From a virus: a stretch of 64,000 nt of DNA. Of the stretch, positions 56,518 through 64,000 are shown piece by piece. The position numbers and the translations under genes were made by a program. The stretch lies in the UHGV virus genome UHGV-0018629, one strand, 5' to 3'. The notes under the pieces were generated by a model. The model was given only the letters and a program-made list of their open reading frames with translations, ran no database searches and was not told where the DNA came from. Every line of letters starts with the position of its first letter. Within the stretch, counting starts at the first letter, position 1.

Positions 56518-57837
56518 TCACACATAAAACACATCATAACGACCACGAGTGACACCAACATAAAGAAGCTGCTGAGCCAATTCAGCATCTGCATAATGAA
56601 TACAAGGCGTATAGATGAAAGCACGGTCTACAGACATGCCCTGTGCTTTATGGAATGTTGATGCAGGAAGTGCTTTCACTTTACTAAACTGTGATTTAGC
56701 ATCCCAAAAATCACTCCACGGAGCTTTTCCGCCCTTATTCCAATTTTTATAAGTTTCTGCCGTTTTACCTAAAAATAAGTTAAACTTATACAGCTCTTCA
56801 TCGGATGAAATTATTTTAATCTTTTCACGATAATATTCATCATCGCCGTAAGTTTCTACTGTTAAATCCCAATGACGAATTAAGTATTCTCCAGAAACAC
56901 CACGAGCTTTAACAAATGTTGATGTATACTCTGCTTCTATAATACGAACTAATTGTCCGTTATTAAAAATAATTTCTGACACAGGCTTTCCATCAATTTT
57001 ATATGTTTTAATTAATGGTTCCTGCATTACAATAATTTCACCGACGATAAAATCTTTATCAGTTTCAAAAATCTTTTTGCGAATAATACTATTTAACTTG
57101 TCGACAGATTTATTCGTAAATGCCATTACGCGATTTTCAAACAAATCATCTAGTGATTTTACGATTGAAAAATAATTTACCATAAAATCGCGTAAAGCGG
57201 TATCACCAGTAAATCCACGTACTCCATGCCCGTCAACAACTTTATCATAAATCCACTTACCGTTACGAACATCAGTAGCTACATCAATAATAGGAGCATT
57301 ACTGCGTTTAACTTCAGTGAGTTCACACTGATAAAAATCTTTATGTGTAAAGAATGGACTGATATAAGCAGTGTTTTCTCCTGGGTCAACAGGTCTAATT
57401 TGCTTATTATCCCCTATTCCAATTATAGTACACCATGGCGGGATAGTTGAAAGTAGAATTTTGAATAGCTTTCTATCATACATTGACACTTCGTCGCAGA
57501 TTAATACTCTGCATTTAGCTAAATCCGGTACTTCTTTTTGTTCAAAAAGAACGTTTTCTTCATATGTTACTGGGTTAATTTTAAGAATACTGTGAATAGT
57601 ACTCGCTTCTTTCCCTGACAGTTTTGAAAGAATCTTTTTAGCTGCATGAGTAGGAGCTGCTAAAATAATACCAGTTTCGCCTGTAGATATTAAGGCTTCA
57701 ATGATGAACTTAGTAAGAGTAGTCTTACCAGTACCAGCAGGTCCATTAATAGTTACATGATGTTTCTTTTCTTTAATAGCCCTCATAACGATGTTAAAGG
57801 CATTTTTCTGGCCTTCTGTCAAATCATCAAATGTCAT
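56518..57837 (-). CDS. dda: Dda DNA helicase (SF1B)
   Basis: 439 aa; Walker A GPAGTGKTT; N-terminus MTFDDLTEGQKNAFNIV. Confidence 0.93.
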   Translation of the reverse strand: MTFDDLTEGQKNAFNIVMRAIKEKKHHVTINGPAGTGKTTLTKFIIEALISTGETGIILAAPTHAAKKILSKLSGKEASTIHSILKINPVTYEENVLFEQKEVPDLAKCRVLICDEVSMYDRKLFKILLSTIPPWCTIIGIGDNKQIRPVDPGENTAYISPFFTHKDFYQCELTEVKRSNAPIIDVATDVRNGKWIYDKVVDGHGVRGFTGDTALRDFMVNYFSIVKSLDDLFENRVMAFTNKSVDKLNSIIRKKIFETDKDFIVGEIIVMQEPLIKTYKIDGKPVSEIIFNNGQLVRIIEAEYTSTFVKARGVSGEYLIRHWDLTVETYGDDEYYREKIKIISSDEELYKFNLFLGKTAETYKNWNKGGKAPWSDFWDAKSQFSKVKALPASTFHKAQGMSVDRAFIYTPCIHYADAELAQQLLYVGVTRGRYDVFYV

Positions 57838-58145
57838 CGTAAATTCCCTGCAATTGGTATACTAACAATACGCCCAGTATCTAAAATTCGCCGATATAAT
57901 CTTTGTGTGTCTACATCAGGCTTAACATGTTTAACTTCTATTTTATTAAACCAAAACTTGCGTGGAGTCTCAACTAATCTCGGAATTCCCATACCTAAAG
58001 CTAGTCGATACTGATCTTTAAGAGTGGTAAATACTTTATCAGCAATCTCCCTTTCAAAAAATACAGCAGGGCGATGTTCATCAAGCGGAACTGGCACTGC
58101 AAATCCATCTTTGTCTCTATACACTATCGCATATACATAAAACAT
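57834..58145 (-). CDS. Hypothetical protein (dda.1 position)
   Basis: ORF track 103 aa. Confidence 0.5.
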   Translation of the reverse strand: MFYVYAIVYRDKDGFAVPVPLDEHRPAVFFEREIADKVFTTLKDQYRLALGMGIPRLVETPRKFWFNKIEVKHVKPDVDTQRLYRRILDTGRIVSIPIAGNLR

Positions 58146-58146
58146 A

Positions 58147-58902
58147 TTATCCTCGGATAAGTTTAAAAATTGAACAATTTAGCGGGTATCCTCTTTTCAG
58201 TTTAAGTTTATCAATAAAAGACAAGTTTTGATACCGCTCTACACCTTGAATAATTTTATCACACATATCATATTGCATTTCTGCTTCTGACAACTTTTTC
58301 ACAGTTTTCCAATCAGAGCCTTTAAGAAGAACGTTCAATTTAACAACTTCAGTTCCTTCTGCTATACGAGAACCATCAATACGAGCTTTGAGTGCTACAA
58401 TCGTTAGCTTAATGTCAGAGGTTTGTTTTGATTTAGAAAGCTGAGAAATGTGCTCAATTCGGTTTTCACGTTTTTTCTGTATAGCTTTAATTTGATTATA
58501 AGTCTTTTTGATTTTAGCCCATTTCTTTTCATCTAAATTTAGTTTATGAACTTTTTTCGCAGATGAACGACCAATTCGCAAAGCAAATAAATCACGCTTT
58601 TCAATCAACTCTTCTAAAGTATAATCAGAACGAAATGTATTGTACTTTTTCTTTACTGCAATAACATTCCCTTTAATGTATCCAACGTTATTATCAAAAC
58701 GTTCTAATGATAATTTCTCTCCTTCAATACGATTATCAAAAGGTTCTCCTGAGTAAGCGCAAACTTTCTGATCTAAAATGTTCTTAATGTAATTGAAGTC
58801 TAAGTTAAAATCTTTAGAACGTCTTTTAGCAGATGCCTGAGTGTGCTCTAGACGACGTGTAATTTTACGAATTTGATTTTTGGACATATTATGCAGTTTC
58901 AT
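58147..58902 (-). CDS. srd: Srd-like protein by size and synteny
   Basis: 251 aa between dda.1 and modA; early promoter 58933-58962. Confidence 0.55.
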   Translation of the reverse strand: MKLHNMSKNQIRKITRRLEHTQASAKRRSKDFNLDFNYIKNILDQKVCAYSGEPFDNRIEGEKLSLERFDNNVGYIKGNVIAVKKKYNTFRSDYTLEELIEKRDLFALRIGRSSAKKVHKLNLDEKKWAKIKKTYNQIKAIQKKRENRIEHISQLSKSKQTSDIKLTIVALKARIDGSRIAEGTEVVKLNVLLKGSDWKTVKKLSEAEMQYDMCDKIIQGVERYQNLSFIDKLKLKRGYPLNCSIFKLIRG

Positions 58903-58932
58903 ATTTTTCTCACGGACGGGTTAACTACTTAT

Positions 58933-58962
58933 ACTATAACATTTTTACTTCAGCTTGTAAAC
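58933..58962 (-). promoter_or_regulatory. Early promoter (-35 GTTTAC, -10 TATAGT) upstream of srd
   Basis: gtaaac 58957-58962. Confidence 0.6.
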
Positions 58963-59018
58963 AACTTTATGAAAAATGCTTTAAAACTTTCACGGTATAA
59001 TGAATCTAAGTCCTTCCA

Positions 59019-59621
59019 TTATAGATTAAATCCTTCAAAATCAAGAGTATAGACAGTGTATGTTGAATACTTTTTATACTCGTATCTATCCGCAATTCTA
59101 AATACACTTCCAGCTGGTATCATTACTTCTTGTTCATCTGAAACTAATTCCATATTACGATAGCGATGGCTATCCGGAAATTTAAAACTCGGGCTATATT
59201 CTTTACAACGTAAAGCTTTTATAGCATACTCCTGGAAATTAAACACCATAGGAGCTTTGAATTCAAAAATAATTTGTGTATTGTATTCTAATCCAGAAGC
59301 AAAATGTAGAGCTATATTTTTATCATATGAAGCTGATACGACTTTATCAAATGTAATAATATCAATTCCTTGATTTAACACTTGTTTAGTCTCGACTGGA
59401 ACACCTCTCCAAAGAGGTTTATCGTTTGGTTCCAAACGAGATTTGATTATTTCATTTAACCAAGTATGGTCATCTGGCTTATTAGTAATACAATGAATTA
59501 AAAGTTCAATTTCAGATAAATTAAACCCTTCAGAAAGTAATTCTTCACGAATAGAAGCACGCACCGATGCATCCATTGATTTGATTTTAAAATCTTTTAA
59601 TTGCATTGCTGAGTATTTCAT
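59019..59621 (-). CDS. modA: ADP-ribosyltransferase ModA
   Basis: 200 aa; tandem with 207-aa paralogue; ART-like R...S...E spacing. Confidence 0.8.
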   Translation of the reverse strand: MKYSAMQLKDFKIKSMDASVRASIREELLSEGFNLSEIELLIHCITNKPDDHTWLNEIIKSRLEPNDKPLWRGVPVETKQVLNQGIDIITFDKVVSASYDKNIALHFASGLEYNTQIIFEFKAPMVFNFQEYAIKALRCKEYSPSFKFPDSHRYRNMELVSDEQEVMIPAGSVFRIADRYEYKKYSTYTVYTLDFEGFNL

Positions 59622-60241
59622 TCAACTACCTCAATATCATACACTTTAAATGTTCCAAACGAATCGTGTAATTTTTCTTTTGAAATAGAAGTTATTTTAT
59701 ACTTTCCAATTGGAATCATCCATTCTTGTTCACGTACAATCATCATTAAGTTATCAGTACGTTCTGAATCTAATCCATCTGTATCTTCATATGTATACTT
59801 AAACTCAGTATTAGGAGAAGAAAGTATAATATCGCTAATATGGTCAGAATAATTAAAAGCTTTATCAGTTTTTAAACGAAATATTATTTCAGTGGAATAT
59901 TCAACATAAGAAAAACCACATGCTGTGTGCAAACTAGTAGTAAATGAATCTACCCTGTTCGTTGAAAACACTTCTCCAACTTGTAAATCTTTAATGAGTT
60001 CTTTTGTTGATTTTGATATACCACGATATAACTGATAAGGTGATTTAGTTAAATGCTTTTTAACGATTTTATTCAACTGCCGATGAAGAGCTTCATTCTT
60101 TTTGGCTTCCATACATTGCCAAAGAATTGACTGTTCAAAGTCAGTAAATTTTTCACAGACCTTTTTATACATATCATATTGAAAATCGACGCTTTCAGCT
60201 TTTATAGATAACTGTTCAACATCTGCAGGATTAATAATCAT
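59618..60241 (-). CDS. modB: ADP-ribosyltransferase ModB
   Basis: 207 aa; paralogue of modA, coupled. Confidence 0.8.
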   Translation of the reverse strand: MIINPADVEQLSIKAESVDFQYDMYKKVCEKFTDFEQSILWQCMEAKKNEALHRQLNKIVKKHLTKSPYQLYRGISKSTKELIKDLQVGEVFSTNRVDSFTTSLHTACGFSYVEYSTEIIFRLKTDKAFNYSDHISDIILSSPNTEFKYTYEDTDGLDSERTDNLMMIVREQEWMIPIGKYKITSISKEKLHDSFGTFKVYDIEVVE

Positions 60242-60267
60242 GATAGCCTCCGTATACTTCAGAAGCT

Positions 60268-60297
60268 ATCATATCATTGTTAGGAAGGAAAGTAAAC
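60268..60297 (-). promoter_or_regulatory. Early promoter (-35 GTTTAC, -10 TATGAT) upstream of modB
   Basis: gtaaac 60292-60297. Confidence 0.5.
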
Positions 60298-60308
60298 AAC
60301 TTTTTGAA

Positions 60309-60491
60309 TTATTTTGCCCAGGGAGCCCAGGGCGGAGGGTCAAGATGGTATGAAGCTAGTTCTTCTAGAAGAGCATCTGGGGCTTCAATTCCATAATTCT
60401 GTAATACTATACGGTACTCTTTCTTATAATCACTAGAATCATTCTGGATATTCGTAGAATGATTATCTTCTAACATCTCAAATAAATCCAT
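60309..60491 (-). CDS. Hypothetical protein (60 aa)
   Basis: ORF track. Confidence 0.4.
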   Translation of the reverse strand: MDLFEMLEDNHSTNIQNDSSDYKKEYRIVLQNYGIEAPDALLEELASYHLDPPPWAPWAK

Positions 60492-60499
60492 ATTAATTC

Positions 60500-60970
60500 C
60501 TAACGATAAAAACCAAAATGACGATTAGCTTCAATAATCTTTCTTTCTTCTTCGGACATTCTCCAGCGTAGTCCAACATCAAAATGAGCCCAGACCATCT
60601 TAACAAATGCATTTATATCTTTAATATCTTCAATAATGAATGTTTTACTTTTAGAAGGTTGACTAACTAATTTAACTTTATCGTCTTCAAACAGGTCAAA
60701 AAGACCATATTCATGAGCTCTTTTATAGCCTTTAATAGTTAAAGCTTCAGAAGAAGAAAACGGTGAATCAGTATTCTGCAAAATATCTTCAGTATGCTTT
60801 ATAATTAGAATAATATTTTCTGGGTATTTTCTTTCTTTTATATCTTTAATTAAAATATCCGGATTTTCTGCTAAAGGAATAATTAATGAGCACTTTTTAT
60901 CAAGTGTATTTACTGATTTACCTTCTTTAGACATAAATTCTATTGAATAATGTTTTGCTACTTCAATCAT
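60500..60970 (-). CDS. Hypothetical protein (156 aa)
   Basis: ORF track. Confidence 0.5.
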   Translation of the reverse strand: MIEVAKHYSIEFMSKEGKSVNTLDKKCSLIIPLAENPDILIKDIKERKYPENIILIIKHTEDILQNTDSPFSSSEALTIKGYKRAHEYGLFDLFEDDKVKLVSQPSKSKTFIIEDIKDINAFVKMVWAHFDVGLRWRMSEEERKIIEANRHFGFYR

Positions 60971-61123
60971 GTGATTTCCTCTTGCCTACTAATGGGCCGT
61001 CAGGAATTTTGTTTTCCTGGATATATTTCTCATTTTCTTCCATCATTTTACTGCCAATTTTAAGAAGCAAATCCATTGCTTCATTTGCTTTAGCTTTAGC
61101 CTCTTCTAGCGTCATATCTCTGT

Positions 61124-61327
61124 TCATGATTTATCCCCATAGATGTCTCTCATCAATTTAAGCGCTGAGCGTTCTAATTTCTTTTCTTTCTCAGCACTAA
61201 TCATTGATTTCATCCATTCTTCCGATTCGTTCTGCATTTCTTTATTTGCCTGTTCAACCCAACCATCATCAATATACATTGAGTTTGGTCTACTGAACCA
61301 TTCAAGCATCTTCTTCAGAACTTTCAT
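61124..61327 (-). CDS. Hypothetical protein (67 aa)
   Basis: ORF track. Confidence 0.4.
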   Translation of the reverse strand: MKVLKKMLEWFSRPNSMYIDDGWVEQANKEMQNESEEWMKSMISAEKEKKLERSALKLMRDIYGDKS

Positions 61328-61799
61328 TTGTTTTACCTAAAATAACAGTAGGAACATCATCAAATTCATGAATTTTTAGCAAATTTGGATGTAAACTATT
61401 CCATACAGAAGAAATAAAGTATGATAAAGCATCTTCACTCGCAATTATAAATTTATTTCCTTTATCTATTTTCCAACTATATACTGAATCATACGAATAG
61501 AAAGATAAAGGATTATCATTATATTGTTCTGCGCTAACATTAATGTATTCTGATTTAGTAAATGCTTCAATTGCTCTAAATGGAATATTTGGTACAGTTT
61601 CAATAATTCCGATCTTTTTAAGTTTTATTTCAGCATCTTCTGGAACTGGCATTGAAACGAAATTTTCTACGAGATACATTGGGTCACAATAACCCTTATC
61701 AATCATTACTGCTACGGTAATTGGAACGTCTTTAGCAAACGACAAACTATTACTGCTAATATACATTTCAAACAAAATCGCTTCCATAATTTTCCTCAA
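61302..61799 (-). CDS. Hypothetical protein (165 aa)
   Basis: ORF track. Confidence 0.5.
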   Translation of the reverse strand: MRKIMEAILFEMYISSNSLSFAKDVPITVAVMIDKGYCDPMYLVENFVSMPVPEDAEIKLKKIGIIETVPNIPFRAIEAFTKSEYINVSAEQYNDNPLSFYSYDSVYSWKIDKGNKFIIASEDALSYFISSVWNSLHPNLLKIHEFDDVPTVILGKTNESSEEDA

Positions 61800-62134
61800 T
61801 CACAAGATGTAGATGAACAACTAGAATCACAAGAACTTCCACACGAATCGCCCATCCATACATGAACAGGAACATTAGTATCATATGAATCAGAACTAGA
61901 CTGTGTATTCTGCGTATTAGATGATGTAGGTATTGACCAGCGCCAAGGATTTTTATAATATTCCTGGGCTTCTTCATAAGTCATAGTAACTGCTTCTACT
62001 GTTCCATCTCCCATATAAACATATTCAACTACAGTTAAAGGGAGGTAGTCATTTGAAATAGGAACTACACCTTCTCCGGGAGTCGTAGAGAAAAAATCCG
62101 TAAAGAAACTTTTAAACCAATTAAAGATAAACAT
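61796..62134 (-). CDS. Hypothetical protein with Cys/Ser-rich C-terminal tail
   Basis: 112 aa; C-terminus [18 protein letters not shown]. Confidence 0.5.
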   Translation of the reverse strand: MFIFNWFKSFFTDFFSTTPGEGVVPISNDYLPLTVVEYVYMGDGTVEAVTMTYEEAQEYYKNPWRWSIPTSSNTQNTQSSSDSYDTNVPVHVWMGDSCGSSCDSSCSSTSCD

Positions 62135-62346
62135 TACAAAAAGCCTCTTTGAAATTCGACTCTTTGAAATCCACCCCAGTCAGTGTATCGCATTTCAGCA
62201 TTGAACTCGACTGAACCATCTGCATGCATCATGAATGAATGCGTGACGATATCACAATCCCAGCTTTTCATACCCCATTTATCAGAGATAGCTTTATCAA
62301 GAACCTTCTGGAGGTCTTCATTTGGTTTAATCCAACGATTTAACAT
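62134..62346 (-). CDS. Hypothetical protein (70 aa)
   Basis: ORF track; early promoter 62373-62402. Confidence 0.5.
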   Translation of the reverse strand: MLNRWIKPNEDLQKVLDKAISDKWGMKSWDCDIVTHSFMMHADGSVEFNAEMRYTDWGGFQRVEFQRGFL

Positions 62347-62372
62347 AGTGCTCTCCTCTATAAGATAATTCT

Positions 62373-62402
62373 ATTATACCACACTTGTTTTGGAAAGTAA
62401 AC
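62373..62402 (-). promoter_or_regulatory. Early promoter (-35 GTTTAC, -10 TATAAT)
   Basis: gtaaac 62397-62402; attata 62373-62378. Confidence 0.6.
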
Positions 62403-62410
62403 CGGTAAAA

Positions 62411-62436
62411 TGAAAAAAGGACTCCCGAAGGAGTCC
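62411..62436 (-). terminator. Intrinsic terminator after soc; hairpin identical to that at 9573-9590
   Basis: ggactcc-cgaa-ggagtcc plus U-run. Confidence 0.65.
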
Positions 62437-62444
62437 TTGAATTA

Positions 62445-62690
62445 TTAACCACCAGTTACTTTCCACAAATCTTCGTTTGCAGTAATCCATGCATCACGTT
62501 GATTTTCTTCGTATACAGTAGTATATGCTGCTTTTTCTGAAGGGAATGTCTGGTAATGAGCGCCAGAAATTTTGTGAACGTCAGAATAAAGAGGGAAAGC
62601 TACAGAAATTTCCTTTCCTTCAATTTTCTTATTTCCATCTAATTTCTGCTCAAATGTTTTAATATTAACATAACCGCGAGTACTAGCCAT
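62445..62690 (-). CDS. soc: Small outer capsid protein Soc
   Basis: 81 aa; MASTRGYVNIKTFEQKLDGNKKIEGKEISVAF recognised; late promoter TATAAATA upstream; terminator downstream. Confidence 0.92.
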   Translation of the reverse strand: MASTRGYVNIKTFEQKLDGNKKIEGKEISVAFPLYSDVHKISGAHYQTFPSEKAAYTTVYEENQRDAWITANEDLWKVTGG

Positions 62691-62720
62691 GTAATTCTCC
62701 TTTTATTTAAATTACATGAC

Positions 62721-62728
62721 TATTTATA
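62721..62728 (-). promoter_or_regulatory. Late promoter TATAAATA for soc
   Basis: Reverse complement of tatttata about 30 nt upstream of soc ATG. Confidence 0.65.
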
Positions 62729-62762
62729 ATAAATTCTCACAGCTTTTAAGCCGTCGTTTATA

Positions 62763-63281
62763 TTAATAACCTCGGTCTTGACGAGCGAAGTTTTCAGCAT
62801 TTTTCAGATAATAAAGTTTAAAGATTTCTTCAGCCGTAAGACCGAGACCTTGGAACATGTTCAGAACGAAATGAAGAATATCAATCATTTCGAATTTAAT
62901 TTCCAACTGGTCTTGTGGAGACAAATCAGTAATTAAAGTTTCACGGCGTTCACCATGCTGTGACTTCCAAGGTTTCCATACAGCAGATGCATCTTTTTCA
63001 CCATTGCTCATACCACCAAGAGAAGTCAGTAGTTCGCGGAATTCATCATCAATATAATCTTTCTGATTACGCAACCAATCAACAACTTCGCCTGCGGTAG
63101 CCAAATCATCAGGATGACGGTTATATTCAGGTTTATCTTTAGCTAAACGAACCTGCAGAGATTTCTGCATATCAAGCATAACCTGCAGTGGGTCTTTTTC
63201 ATCACCGAGAATATCCCAGTATTCATTTTGAGCTTTATCAGCGCCTTCAATCAGTTGTGAACATTCATTAAAGTATGCCAT
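62763..63281 (-). CDS. 56: dCTP pyrophosphatase gp56 (MazG-like)
   Basis: 172 aa from MAYFNECSQLIEGADKAQNEYWD; ORF-track N-terminal extension discarded. Confidence 0.8.
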   Translation of the reverse strand: MAYFNECSQLIEGADKAQNEYWDILGDEKDPLQVMLDMQKSLQVRLAKDKPEYNRHPDDLATAGEVVDWLRNQKDYIDDEFRELLTSLGGMSNGEKDASAVWKPWKSQHGERRETLITDLSPQDQLEIKFEMIDILHFVLNMFQGLGLTAEEIFKLYYLKNAENFARQDRGY

Positions 63282-63352
63282 TATTTTTCCTTTCAATTCA
63301 TGGGTTAGTAGATTAATTATACAATAAATATATAAAGCAATAAGGAGGACAT

Positions 63353-63553
63353 ATGGTACAAAAATTAATGGCACTTATTAATGCCATAAAAGGTAATAAA
63401 AAACGTATAGCTTTTACTATTTCTGCTATGGTAGGAATTTTACTCTGGAACTTTATTTTATCACCAATTGCAATTGCGCATGGTGTTAATATTCCAGTAG
63501 TTACTCTTGATACATTCGTAGATTTAGCATTTGCTTTAGTTGGGCTAATTTAA
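63353..63553 (+). CDS. Small membrane protein (66 aa) on the opposite strand to its neighbours
   Basis: AGGAGG Shine-Dalgarno 4 nt before ATG; two hydrophobic segments; possible late-promoter-like AATAAATA upstream. Confidence 0.5.
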   Translation: MVQKLMALINAIKGNKKRIAFTISAMVGILLWNFILSPIAIAHGVNIPVVTLDTFVDLAFALVGLI

Positions 63554-64000
63554 ATCTTGGCATATTTAGATAGCCGCATTTTAGCCATTAACCCCTGGGC
63601 AATATTATTTTTCATATATTCCATAATTTGTTCAGGGGTTGCACCTTCCTTTCTAATCATATCATTAACATCTTTAGATTTCCAGGGAGATTTATCCCAA
63701 AACATAACCCTTTCTCCTGCATTGACTAATTTAGTCATTCGCTTAATTGTATCAGGATGCCGAGGTTCATTATCTAAGACCCACACACGTCTATCTTTAA
63801 ATGGAACAACTTCTAGGTCTAATTGACCACCCGTAATGGCTATACCATTTTCAATAAAAAGTGAATCGATAGGTCCTTCTAGAACATATACATCACCATC
63901 TTTAACTCGTTCAACACCGTAAATTTTTGTTGCCTCAGGATAAGCTTTGATAGTGATATATTTTTGAGGAGCATCTTTCTTTAATGCACGTCCTTGAAAA
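63550..64000 (-). CDS. 61: DNA primase gp61, C-terminal part (5' end lies beyond window)
   Basis: Frame open to window edge; TOPRIM-like EGPIDSLF...VLDNEPRH motifs. Confidence 0.7.
   Translation of the reverse strand, partial: FQGRALKKDAPQKYITIKAYPEATKIYGVERVKDGDVYVLEGPIDSLFIENGIAITGGQLDLEVVPFKDRRVWVLDNEPRHPDTIKRMTKLVNAGERVMFWDKSPWKSKDVNDMIRKEGATPEQIMEYMKNNIAQGLMAKMRLSKYAKI

Overview
This window is a contiguous segment of a T-even (Tevenvirinae) phage genome. It has T4-like gene order, but several features point to a T2/T6-type relative rather than T4 itself. All calls rest on reading the ORF translations and on remembered T4 gene sizes and order; no database search was run. Roughly 1-29 kb is a minus-strand early/middle block: two tandem alt-like ADP-ribosyltransferases, DNA ligase, rIII, gp31, dCMP deaminase, polynucleotide kinase, spanins, alc, RNA ligase 1, endonuclease II, nrdB, nrdA, td, frd, gp32, gp59, gp33, dsbA and RNase H. 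The plus-strand late block at 29.1-39.7 kb carries long tail fibre genes 34-38 and holin t. The remainder, 39.7-64 kb, is again minus-strand early genes: asiA, arn, motA, gp52, ac, stp, ndd, denB, rIIB, rIIA, gp39, motB, dexA, dda, srd, modA, modB, soc, gp56 and the 3' end of primase gene 61. Many T4-type early promoters, a few late and middle promoters, and stem-loop terminators are visible. I did not find a clearly undescribed multi-gene system. The leads worth a second look are the tandem Alt paralogues, an extra ORF between frd and td, a compact primase-dCTPase junction that appears to lack the T4 dam/dmd block, a NADAR-like plus HAD-like gene pair beside ligase, and the absence of introns and homing-endonuclease genes at every site T4 carries them.
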